The position numbers were made by a program, and so were the translations under genes. Shown here one piece after another: positions 25,560 to 36,611 of a stretch of DNA of 64,000 nucleotides; position 1 is the first letter of the stretch, and each line of letters starts with the position of its first letter. The notes beneath the pieces were generated by a model. That model saw only the letters and a list, made by a program, of their open reading frames with translations. It searched no databases and was not told where the DNA came from. Origin of the DNA: Ostrea edulis (lineage: Eukaryota); NCBI RefSeq assembly GCF_947568905.1, contig NC_079165.1:36332001-36396000 (forward strand). The letters run 5' to 3'.

Positions 25560-28500
25560 AAGAAGACGATGAAAATGTGCAAACTTTACGACGACAACGA
25601 AGCCAATGACAGAGAACGGAAAAAAATTTTGTGGCTCAGGTGAGCTAAATCTGGACCGACTGGTACACAAACAACCATACCAACTGATCCACAAACAATC
25701 ATACAGACAATTTCAACCAAACTTGTCAAAAGCATCATTGGGTAAAAGGCATTTAAAATTGTTCAACTGACGTGAAGGGTCACACTCTTTTCAAAGGGGG
25801 GGGGGGGGGGTAATTTAAATAAATAAATAAAATATATGGTGGCATAATATAAAAATCTTCTCAAGAACCACTGGACCTGAAAAGACAGAACTTAAATGAA
25901 ATCGTCCTTGACAAATGTTCAAATAATGGCATCCGAAGTTACAATGAGGTTACAATAGGGGATCAAAGTTTTAACATGGGGATACATAAGAAATATCTTT
26001 AAAATTTTCTAAAGAACAGCAGTGTCATGATTAATCCTATTAATATGCAAGCATCCTCGGTATTGTAGTTTCAAGTTTACTCACGTCACGACAGTGGGAG
26101 TAAGGATGGGGCTACAGTAAAAGAACGAAATCTTATTAGGGAATATAAAGGAAAAAATAATATTTGAAAATAGTTTTCTTTAAAGAAACAGGGTCATGAA
26201 TAGTGATATTGATGTGTATGTATGCACAGGAACATGTATTGCAGATTCAAGTTTGTTTAAATCATGACCGCGGAATGTAGTATGAACCTCAATAGGGAAT
26301 ATGATAATCTTCTCAAGACCGACAAGGCCATTATTGGTCATATCAATTTGCAAGCATCCTCAGGTAATTAAGATTGAAGGTTTTTTTCAAAATCATGGCC
26401 CGGTATGAGTGTGTCAAGATGGAGCTTCATTAGGGATCAAAATGTGACATTGGAATAAAACAATATACATAGAGTCTTTGTTTGGTATGTTGGTTGTATA
26501 TTGTTTCAAAAGTGGGTTACTTCATGAGGGAAAATATTTTATAACGTGTACCTAAAGATTGATTGAATGCATATTGTTTAATATCCCTCTCGAGAATTTG
26601 CGGTGAAGGCCTCAGAGGGCTGCAAAATTTAGACCTATGCTCGGCGCTTACGGCCATAGAGCAGGGAGATATCTTTATCGTACCACACCTGCTATGACAA
26701 GGGACATCGGTCACATCCGAAGGACGCCCCATTTAGTAGCCTCCTATATGTACATATGTACGACAAGCAAGGAGTACTGAGAACCTATTCTAACCCGGAT
26801 CCCCACGGGATATAATCTTTGAAATTTTTTTTATAAAAAACATTGAGCCATGATGAGTATTTTTCCCCTTCTTGTTTTGTTTTTTCATTTTCTTATTCCT
26901 CAATTCATCTTCGATGTGAATTCAGAATAAATCTTAACCTGAATGGTTATTTCTGATTTCGTAACAGGGAGGGCGGTCGTGAGTTTGAACCCAGCCCGTG
27001 CAATGACCGCGTCAAACGTTAAAATGGGTAGTGATTGCTCCTTCACCAAACACCCGGCATTTACAAGTGAGAACCACGGGTCTTTCGGAAATGACCTTAA
27101 AAACGGAGGTCCTGTGTCGCGACAGGCGTTGGCACAATAAAGAACTCTCACTGCTATGGCCATGAGCGCTATGCGACCAGGTGAAGTATCANNNNNNNNN
27201 NNNNNNNNNNNNNNNNNNNNNNNNNNNNNNNNNNNNNNNNNNNNNNNNNNNNNNNNNNNNNNNNNNNNNNNNNNNNNNNNNNNNNNNNNNNNNNNNNNNN
27301 NNNNNNNNNNNNNNNNNNNNNNNNNNNNNNNNNNNNNNNNNNNNNNNNNNNNNNNNNNNNNNNNNNNNNNNNNNNNNNNNNNNNNNNNNNNTTTTCCGGG
27401 GGGAAAGTCTAAGCGGGGAAAAACTCTATGCTACAACACCGGCTAATTTTACGAATTCTCCCCTTTAGAGGGGGTGTCCCTTCTTTGAAGAAAGTTAATC
27501 ATACTCCTTCATTTCATTATAATTTGTGTGTGGTAAGTTTGGTTGAAATGGGTCCTACAGTTCTGGAGAAGTCAAACATTCGGAACATTTATTCTGTACA
27601 GGACTACCTGCAGTCTGACAGACATACTGTACAAGGAGAGTTCTACAAAACTTGATTTAAAAAAACTTCTCGTGAACTTTCGGCTCAAGTATTCTAAATA
27701 ATTATTCTACATGTAAATATATAATATCAAAATCAATGAAAATAATGCACAATACTGCATACATGAAAGAAAACACCAATAATCTTACCAGACATACATT
27801 ATATGGCTAATTCTATCTACACCTGAGAACAGACTTACATTGTATGGCTAATTCTATCTACAGCTGAGAACAGACTAACTTTGTATGGCTAATTCAATCT
27901 ATAGCTGAGAACAGACTTACATTGTATGGCTAATTCTCTCTACAGCTGAGAACAGACTTACATTGTATGGCTAATTCTCTCTGAAGCTGAGAACAGACTA
28001 ACATTGTATGGCTAATTCTACACGTATCTACAGCTGAGAACAGACTTACCAATTGTTGCTATTCCGTGACTGTGGCGACCAAACGACATATTAGGTAGAG
28101 CGAGATTCCATGGGGATATAAACTCTGAGACGAGGACGGGCTTCCCGTCATTTGCGTCATCATCATCGTCATCGTCATCAGCTACCACTTCCGGTCTAGA
28201 CATGGCAGACACACTGGTAGTATAGGATACAATGCGGCGCCCAGTAACAAAATTTTGCTTCTTTTCTTGTTTATCCATGGTGCAGAGGACACCTGGATGA
28301 TGTAGTATATACTATGTGCATAAATTCTAATAATAATAATAATATATGGCAATAAAGGATGCAATATAAACACAGTCGTTTTTATAATTATTACGTAGTA
28401 CATGTATGTACAGATGTATAAATTCCTATATAAAGCTCAACATCTATGATCATTATCTTTTCTTACTATGCGCATGCACTATGTTTACTTTAGTCCCGTC

Positions 28501-31500
28501 ATTACCTCCTATGAAGTATAAATGTCTGCCTACGGTTGTCATGGCAAATCTGTCCAGACATTCCGGAAGTTGATGTGGGTATGGTCTTCCAAGGTCCTCC
28601 CACCGCTTGCCTTCATACGTCCTACAAACGGTAAAAAATTTGACTGTACTTTGCAAAACCTGTATATGGTAATGTAACATATTTGTAGGTAAATGTATTA
28701 TATTTAGCGCAGGTTTAGTAGACGATTGATGTTAACATAGATCAAGTAATCAATTAAAGCATATCAACTATTTGATTTTTCTCGGTTCAGTGATCAGTTG
28801 ATGTTTGTTTTTAAGAAATAAATTTCAATTTTGAAAATACGTGTGGGTATACACTGCAACGTTTTACGTTGGTATACATTTCATGAAGCGCTAACGCTTT
28901 CAAAAATGAAATTTGTAAACATCGTTGATATACTTTGTTCACTAATACGATGTAAACATAAATATTTCGCTAAATATGCCCGCATAAAAGCTACAGTATA
29001 ATATATTTCATTACATGCACGATCATATATACGTACAGTGTAAGTATAAACTGCGACGATTCACGCAGACATACCTGCACTTCATGAAGCGCGTAGCACT
29101 TTAAGTTGCAGTTCATGCCTCCATGTATTTTCAGGATTAAAGGTCATTTCTTATATTTACATTATACGTTCATTTCTCGGAATTCCAAACCGTTAGAATC
29201 GACGTATAATGAAGTTAGACGCAGATTTTGATGAATAAATTCATATGAATTTGTCTGAAGAGAATAATTTACTTTTCTAAGGTATAAACTATGAATACGC
29301 TACCCTCGAAGGTAACATTGACCTCACTCGCTCTACGGGCTTGGTTAATAGAATGTGTTCCATGAGTAGGTATAAATCTTCAAATTCTCCTCATAAATGT
29401 CAATAATTGTATAATGTATATGTACACTAGCAAACGGTGTACGAGTTTCAAACTTGGGCATCACATACATTGTATATAATTACGTATGTAGCAAACATAC
29501 TCGATCTTTACTTTTAAAGAAAAAAATACGGATAATTTTCTTCACAGTGTCGTCGGAAAACTCTCTAAATATTTTTTGTAAAGGTAGAATGTGCCGTATT
29601 AAACAGCATTTTGTTTGATGCTAAAAACTAAACCAAAGATTTGTCAGTATGAAAAATAATACAATTTGACAATTTCTACAAATTATATATACATGTAGGT
29701 ATTAAAGGAGTTCTGGTCTACTCTATGTAAGAAGAAAATTATGATTTTCTAGTGCATATTTATGAAGGAGTGACGTGTATGGTGGTTGTGCGCAAGTGCG
29801 CGAGAACATCTTATTAGAAACATCATGGGAGTTATGATATACATTTGTATACATGTAGTCGTATTGAATGGTGATTGCATGTTAAATGTGAAATTTAACT
29901 CCCCTTCCATTGCTCAAAGTGGTTCTCTCTACCCTGTTTAATTTCGTCTGACTGTCTGTATCGCTAAATGTGTCCTGTCAACAGCCTGCAGGCCTTACAC
30001 GCTTTCTGTATCTGTATTGGGTACTGGGCAGTAGCTCACTACTGAGCAATGTTTATTCAGGATGATTGTTGTAGTTGTTTACATTCGAAAGTCCGCGTGG
30101 AACGTCACGTGATCATAAATATTTCGAAATGGGGCGTTCACTATCCGACTTGGAGAATACATAATTAAATAAGAAATTAGCTTGATCACTTTTTAATCCG
30201 ATTGAGGTAAATTGCAGAAAGTGTATAACTTATATACATGTAGCTTGATGTAAAATACATGCTTTTATTCCTACGGTGATATCCAAAGAATACGGCATAA
30301 ATAGCTTTAAGTAAAAGTAGACAGATTCAAATAGAAAAAAGATGTTTTATGAATTGCATTCATTTATTTATTTATCATAGCTGCAATTCGTATTCGATAT
30401 AAAAATGCTTGAAGCACTCTACATGTGAATATATACACATGGAAAAAATATCGCAACACTAGCTTTTTCTTTCTCTTAGCCTAAGTATGGTGATTAATAT
30501 CACACGACAAGAAAAAGAACACATTTCATGTTATTGGGAGTTGAACTTAGTTCGCGCATGGATATATTGCAACGGACATTTGAGTGAGCCGCACCACACC
30601 TTCGCCTTTCTTCAGTACATAAGAGGCAAAATAGAAAACGTTCAACCAAAACATATAATCCAAATCAAATACAGAAAGATTTGTTTCGTTAAATGTAAAC
30701 AGCATCACATGGAACAGAGATATGGACTTTTTTCAATTCATTGTTTATCTATAAAGATAAGCTTCAGATTTAATTTCCATGAGCTTTATCAATATTCTAA
30801 TCTGCACGCACTATTTGGACAAGTTCACTGTTGATTAGAGGGGTTAAAGGTTCAGATAAACTACATGACACGCCCGAGTCTCTACATATACAAATACTGT
30901 AGTAAATAAATTAATATATAAATTTTAAACCAATGTTAACTGCGCATAATTAGTGAAAATAAATCGAAATTAAATAATAATTTAAAAACCCATCAGAATT
31001 ACTTTTATGTTTCCTCATGCTGCACAAACTCACCACAGCTCCGTTTATGCTGAGTTTAGATCAATAACATCAACACCAATGTAGAGATGAAATATGTCAT
31101 TTATTCAAATGACACAAATAAGGAAAAATATATACATAATATAATAAGGGGATCAGACCAAAAACTATTCACACAATACATAATGACATATCAATATGCT
31201 GATTCCCTAAATTAACGGAAGAAGAAATTACTTTGATGTATAATTGATTTGTTTCTTTAAATGTCTGTACTTTGATTTTTCAAATAACATCACTTAATCT
31301 CTAAAAGCACCACCAGTAGATGTACCTTTTGTCATTGTATGTCACAGAAGACGCGATATTTTGTGGAAAATTTACAGTAAATAACTATCCCTATGTCGAT
31401 TCAAATGAAATGAAATAGGATAACATGAAATAAACGTCATACTAAACAGTTTTCTTATCAGAATCTGTTGTAACTCCCGTTCACACGAATGATGGGTTGT

Positions 31501-34500
31501 ATATTAGAATAAGTTAGTTTCCAAGTTTGAAGCGTGCATCCTTAATATAAAGAGTAGATTTGGGGAATATGTATATGGTTTTTGTTGATTAGTGATGGTA
31601 ATTAAGCTAATGCATTCTGAAAGTTTCCGGTAAATCTGTGGATATGATGCTCGTGCTGATCAAAATCAGATATCTAAAATTATGAAATGCACATGTACTG
31701 CTACTTGACTATTGAAAACAATTGAACAGAAAACAGTCTCTCGCGGGAGGTAAAAGGTCTAGATAAGTGTAATTTATTTCAAATTCAGAGAGAATTCGTA
31801 TTTCTCATTTGGATAATTCTTAATGATTGCAGTGTTTTATGACTGTTTTCTATCACAAACTTGTTCGATAGGATCAAAAGTAAATGATTAAATGTTCTCT
31901 AGAAATAATATAAGCACCCTACTCTAATGGAAATGGTGACAGATTGCATCTCCACTAGACTGACAAGTGAAAATACTGTTAATTAGATATTCTCTACATA
32001 TATTTTTCGGAAACCCTTGCTTAGATTACACTTAGCAACAAATTAACAAAGAAATTCTTAAGTTACAGATTCATATTGCACCCATACTAGATAAATTATG
32101 CATAAGCCTGCAATTTATCCGTCAGTTAACAACAAAACATTCCGTGCCATGTCAGACCAGTCGGCTAATTTTGTTTTGTGTACGGACAGTTGTACGGTTC
32201 CTGTTGGTTCTAAAGCGTTTCCCTGACGCTGAATGTCATTTGAATTAAAAACAATTGATATTGGATCGATATATCACAGAGCCATTTTATTGAAACGTCA
32301 CGAATATTCTTTTTCGATATTACACAGAAGAGGTGATGATGGTATCATTTGAAAGGACCACCTTAATGTTTCGGATGGAGCGTTCTAGTTTCTAAAGTAT
32401 GATCCCTCCTAGATGTGGTAAGTACAAGTTCTTCTTTTAAAAATACTTTCTTAAAGAATTTAAAGATAGTACTTTGTATCCTTTTCTAAAATCGTCTATT
32501 TTTGAAAGTAATTACATGTGCAAGCCTATGATATAATTGTACATTTAATTTAATCGCTAACAAATAGAAATATAACACCAAAAAGTCATAAAGCATGATA
32601 GTTGGGGAGAAACCACTAACGCTGACAGTTATAAACGTACATGTATTATGCTACAAAGAACCCACTGTAACTATAAAGAATAAAGATGATATCTATTTTC
32701 CATATTTTATCAGACAGACAAATGCATTCATTTTTTCCCATATTCACAGAAATACATCGAGAATAAAGGAACTCGCTCCTTCATTTTTCTTCCTCAAATT
32801 CTCAAAAAGTATATGTCAAATATTTACAAGATTTGCACTATATAACCATAATATTGTGCGTAACTACAAATATACATGTATAAATATACAATATCGCAGA
32901 AAAGGAGAGTTTTTGAAAAGGTTGAAATTTTGTAAAACGCTCAAGGAAGCATATTCAGGGTTACAATAATTTCACACATTTATCGTTTTGTTAAATCATT
33001 AATACCCCATGACCTTCCCTTCACTCACCGTGGATTTTCATTATATTAGAACACTGAAGATGCATCGTATTTAAGTGGCATAATGTCCAAACTATGAAAT
33101 CAATTATTGAAATGAGTTTAGCATCCATTTACTTGGATTCACTCATTTTCTGCATGTTGAATACATTGCAGCGTTACTTCATGAATAACGATAATGTTTG
33201 TCGTATTCATTAAACAAAGATGGTCTCATTATCATTGCAACTGATGCACCACTAGTAATTAAATGTATAATTCAAATTTTGTATCTTTTCACAATTCTAA
33301 AACATGTCAGCGAACAATCGAGAAACATGCACAACATGAAGCACAAATACCCTAGTATGCTAACTTTTAAAACAAAACATGGGGCTCCAATATCTCCAAA
33401 TCTGGTACAAGTACCTATACTTTTGATATGGATGGATACATGTATCATTTTACATATTTGTAGAACTATTCTTTGACAAGCTCCGAATCAAGCAGACGTG
33501 GAAAGAAAGATATCATATTTATTGTGATTTTATCTGCTTCTTTTAAATTTAACATAGAAGAACCTCTGAAGAAGTAACCCCTCCTGTGTTGAACCCCATT
33601 TCGTGTCTGGGAGTAGTTGCTATTTATATGTAGCATGTATCTTTTTTTAATTAACCTTACAAGTAATACTTTGTGATATGCTAAATGTAACATCATGAAA
33701 AGGTGATACATGTACAACATGAGAAAGATCGATGAAAAATCGATATAAAGTCCAATACCCTTACCAAATATTCCTGTGGCTCTTGCTTCCATAGTAACCA
33801 CCTGCGCAGTAGATTTCATTGTGGTGTACCACGCATGTATGGTTTGCTCTTGGAGAAACCAACGGGGGCGCCTCTGTCCATTCGTTTTGCGTCGGATCAT
33901 ACAATTCACAGGACGACATGACTTTACCATTGGTCTCTTCACCACCTACATACAATGGAAGGCGAAGACAACGAACAGTGATCAATCTCATAACTCATAT
34001 ATAAGCAAAACAAAACAGAGAACTGGGCAAACACGGACCCCCGGAAACAATGTGAATTCACCCAAATACGACAGAATATAGCAAGTCTTACCATTTTTCT
34101 GTAATACAATATCATTACATTACAAGAACCGGTAACTCAGTACTTTCTTTTGAAGACATGATAAGATTATATGACTTTATGATATGATTTCTGTACATAT
34201 GTACTCAAGGAAAAAACGTTATCTTATCTCCATCGTCAACTTTCCACATTTATGTAGCAATATTCCATTATCACCTGCATATGGTGTTTATATATCTCAA
34301 CTGATTTGATATTCAAGAGCTTGTTCTGGGTATAGTCAGTTTTTAAATCGAGGTAAGCTACTGACAAACAAGTTGATGGTACAGGGATTTCAACAGTCTC
34401 GATTGAAGTCAGCATTTCGCAAATTCTATGGTCGTTATAACGATCTAGTTCGTCAATACAACCTCGCATTGGGTCAAATGCTGTCTGACGTGTTTCATAC

Positions 34501-36549
34501 CGATTGTTAAGCCGTTCTTGGCACACTGATTTGACTGCGGATGGCTCCGTTTACTTGATCAGGATATGGGGCTCACGGCGGGTGTGACCGGTCAACAGGG
34601 CATGCGTACTCCTCCTAGGCACTTGATCCCACCTCTGGTGTGTCCAGGGGTCCGTGTTTGCCCAACTATCTATTTTGTATTGCTTGTAGGAGTTATGAGA
34701 TTGATCACTGTTCGTTATCTTCACCTTGCATTATAGCAAATACAGATGTTACAAACTTTATGCCACAATATAAGTATATATGTCCAATTTCCCTTGGTTA
34801 AATGAAGTAATTTCAAACTTAAATAATTCCCCAGACTGGGTCCAGATGTACATAATGCTTCTACCATGTTTTTTGTTATTCCAATTGTAGATTGTCTGCT
34901 CTAGTCACGATTTATTGGGAGATACCTAAACCATCAATACATTTTATTCTGTTCTTAATGACTACCTGTATAACATATCTAGAGTAATGTGATATTCTAC
35001 AGAAGCATGCTTTTGTCGTTAGGAGTAATAAAATTGATTCCAACTTTATATTACAGATACCTAGGATTAGAATTCTCCCATCCAAAACTGCAGTTGCGAA
35101 TTTGGCACGTGCTATCCGAAGAGGTTTCATGTCTTTCCATATCCCATCGTCTGGATCAAATCTACAACAATGTAAGTACGTATCTACAAATTTAAGATGT
35201 ATTTACCAATTAATGTTATTTTAATGGAATCAATCGTCTTATATATTACGAACACTAATGTTTTAAGTCGTTAACATCGTGGAATTTTCAGATTGCTTTG
35301 TTAATGAAGCAACGAAAGGGGAATCTTCCCTAACAAAAAGACACAAAATACAATACAGTGAATAGTGGGTTATTGCCATAGTTTATCATCATAACTACAA
35401 TTTACTGTAACAAAATCTTCAATACTTTGATTTATTGTGGTAAAAACTTGGAATATTGTGAATATCTATAGTATAAATGTTGACAATCTAGTTAGTTGTA
35501 ATTTGATATAGCTCAGTGGCTCAGTGGTTAAAACGTGGGGTAGGTACAGTTGTAAATGTTGCGAGTTCAAAACCAGCTCGTATCATGGCCGCGGCAAACA
35601 TTAGACGTATAAATATATAGTGATTGCTTTTATGACCCTTCTCAGGGGTTGTATACTAGTACACTGGAATCTACACTGCATGAGGATGCTTGAATAATTA
35701 ATTTAACAGTTTGCTCCCTTGTGGTTCTTGAGAAGAACATTTCTAAAGAACGATCCTATGATTTCCTATGCAAGCCTATCAAATGTAGCCACATCCTGGC
35801 TCTAAGCTTATGGTTTAAACAAACTGAGGAATTTTTCATACAAGTATTGAGCCTTTCAAATTTTGATCTTTCTGATTCTCTGATTCTTGAGACGAAAATA
35901 ATGGTTTTAAAAAACATTCAATATAAGATTTACTATGTTTTAATGACTTGGAAGAAGAGCAAAATGTGAAAATGTTTATGCCAGACAGAACGATAAGACA
36001 AAACTTGATATAAAAAAAATCCACTTGAGCATTCAGCTCAGGTTAGCTAAACCTGAAGAATTATGTTGTGTCAAGTACGCTATTTTACGGGAAGAAAAAA
36101 ATATAACTCAACTACTTGATGTACTGCATGTACCTGTATATGAGAACTGAAAACCTTATCATAAGATTTATGGCAAAATCGATAGTTTAATAAAATAAAG
36201 ACATAAGAGACAAGAACACATAAAATGATATGCCAAAAAGAACAAAAGTAGGACAAATAAACAATTCATTAAGAGTGTTGTGTATTTACCTGACAACTCT
36301 TTTGACATGTTTGGCGGTGACTATGTTAAACCCTCCAATGATATATAGGAAGTTATTCACGACAGCGACTCCAAAATGACTAATGTCCTTGGTGGCCTTC
36401 CAATGTTCTGTCTTGATTTGATATGTTAGCACATGGCTATGGTCAGGGGTCAGCAGGATGTAGAAAGCTTCCCCAGACCCCGATCTATTAATGGTGTATA
36501 AACGGTGCTGAAGAAATTGACTGGAAGAGGATCGTCTTGGGTTGCTCAT
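19474..36549 (-). CDS. Kelch-repeat beta-propeller protein without BTB/BACK, 7 exons, 370 aa
   Basis: Exons 36549-36290, 35161-35061, 33945-33765, 28621-28506, 28292-28050, 22587-22471, 19568-19474 join in frame (phases 2,1,2,1,1,1; 1113 nt). Five Kelch GG motifs (YIIGG, LILGG, YCAGG, YFIGG, YVMGG) with the expected downstream Y/F-D-P...W signatures. Confidence 0.88.
19716..19881. repeat. 166-bp segment bounded by a perfect 16-bp inverted repeat (MITE-like)
   Basis: TGAGTATGAACTGCAA / TTGCAGTTCATACTCA; no TSD seen. Confidence 0.5.
20224..21290. mobile_element. Helentron-like non-autonomous element with 5-6 internal ~145-bp repeats, interrupted by a SINE tail (21060-21202)
   Basis: Starts AACAAGATGTGTTTGTGAAACAC; repeated GTGAAATATGAAAGCCCTATC...AAAAGTAGGTCAAA; an opposite-strand relative lies at 50035-50448. 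Confidence 0.65.
21358..21525 (+). mobile_element. Penelope-like element 3' tail
   Basis: GGGCTCACGG...GATGCTTACTCCTCCTAG...CACTGATCGTTATCTTCATCTTTCAT. Confidence 0.8.
22471..22587 (-). CDS. Kelch gene exon 6
   Basis: GSRIYVMGGTLLETGQQVRIVEVFDTEKGEWEEDFRFRK; TTTACAG acceptor, GTAAGC donor. Confidence 0.88.
22914..24905 (+). repeat. Minisatellite, 55-bp unit, about 36 copies (Kelch gene intron 5)
   Basis: ACAGATACATAAATAACTAAAGCGACTG(CC/CT/TC)ACACAAACAATCATATACACTGTAG; degenerate flanks to about 22770 and 25125. Confidence 0.95.
25128..25650 (-). mobile_element. Truncated Helentron-type copy with one ~166-bp satellite unit
   Basis: Same unit as 4864-6774; ends in GGCTCAGGTGAGCTAAA. Confidence 0.7.
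26560..26810 (-). mobile_element. SINE 3' part (same family as 14872-15135)
   Basis: Shared CTATGCTCGGCGCTTA.GGCCAT.GAGCAG and CATCCGAAGGAC motifs. Confidence 0.65.
26955..27190 (+). mobile_element. tRNA-derived SINE, partial, running into the gap
   Basis: B-box-like GAGTTTGAACCC; body colinear with 43577-43896. Confidence 0.65.
27192..27391. other. Assembly gap (200 N)
   Basis: Run of exactly 200 N. Confidence 1.
27790..28049 (-). repeat. 41-bp tandem repeat, about 6 copies, starting at the exon 5 splice donor
   Basis: Minus-strand unit GTAAGTCTGTTCTCAGCTGTAGATAGAATTAGCCATACAAT. Confidence 0.92.
28050..28292 (-). CDS. Kelch gene exon 5
   Basis: GVLCTMDKQEKKQNF...DDDDDDD...PWNLALPNMSFGRHSHGIATI; CAG acceptor, GTAAGT donor. 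Confidence 0.85.
28506..28621 (-). CDS. Kelch gene exon 4
   Basis: WTYEGKRWEDLGRPYPHQLPECLDRFAMTTVGRHLYFIG; TTTGTAG acceptor, GTAATG donor. Confidence 0.87.
33765..33945 (-). CDS. Kelch gene exon 3
   Basis: GGEETNGKVMSSCELYDPTQNEWTEAPPLVSPRANHTCVVHHNEIYCAGGYYGSKSHRNI; donor GTAAGG. Confidence 0.9.
33955..34043 (-). mobile_element. Penelope-like 3' tail ending 9 nt before Kelch exon 3
   Basis: Minus strand CACTGTTCGTTGTCTTCGCCTTCCAT followed by TGTATGTAG|exon. Confidence 0.8.
34236..34731 (+). mobile_element. Penelope-like element (probably Naiad clade) 3' end: RT C-terminus plus 3' UTR
   Basis: VNFPHLCSNIPLSPAYGVYISQLI*YSRACSGYSQFLNRGKLLTNKLMVQGFQQSRLKSAFRKFYGRYNDLVRQY...DC*. The ORF ends after the RT thumb with no C-terminal GIY-YIG domain. 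Confidence 0.8.
35061..35161 (-). CDS. Kelch gene exon 2
   Basis: FDPDDGIWKDMKPLRIARAKFATAVLDGRILIL; GTAG acceptor, GTATCT donor. Confidence 0.88.
35630..36050. mobile_element. Degenerate Helentron-type fragment
   Basis: Satellite-like GTGGTTCTTGAGAAGAA and terminal CCACTTGAGCATTCAGCTCAGGTTAGCTAAA. Confidence 0.55.
36290..36549 (-). CDS. Kelch gene exon 1
   Basis: MSNPRR...HFGVAVVNNFLYIIGGFNIVTAKHVKRVV; donor GTAAAT; in-frame TGA 24 nt upstream of the ATG. Confidence 0.85.
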
Positions 36550-36595
36550 TCTTCCATAGTGTGAATTAATTCAAATAAATATCACTGGTTTCGTC

Positions 36596-36611
36596 GTTGC
36601 TAACATGGCGG
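36596..36611. promoter_or_regulatory. Candidate core-promoter motifs between divergent genes: RFX half-site GTTGCTA overlapping YY1-type AACATGGCGG
   Basis: The sequence GTTGCTAACATGGCGG lies 47 bp upstream of the Kelch ATG. Motif match only. Confidence 0.35.

Noticed and set aside
27156-27468. ORFs spanning the N run
   Set aside because: Artefacts of the assembly gap.
22914-28049. CRISPR-like interpretation of the 55-bp and 41-bp arrays
   Set aside because: Units are contiguous with no unique spacers, no cas genes are present, and the context is a eukaryotic intron.
34300-34312. In-frame TGA in the Naiad-like RT as selenocysteine
   Set aside because: The position (SQLI-x-Y) is Arg in the family motif as I recall it, so CGA>TGA CpG decay explains it. 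This copy is also 5'-truncated.
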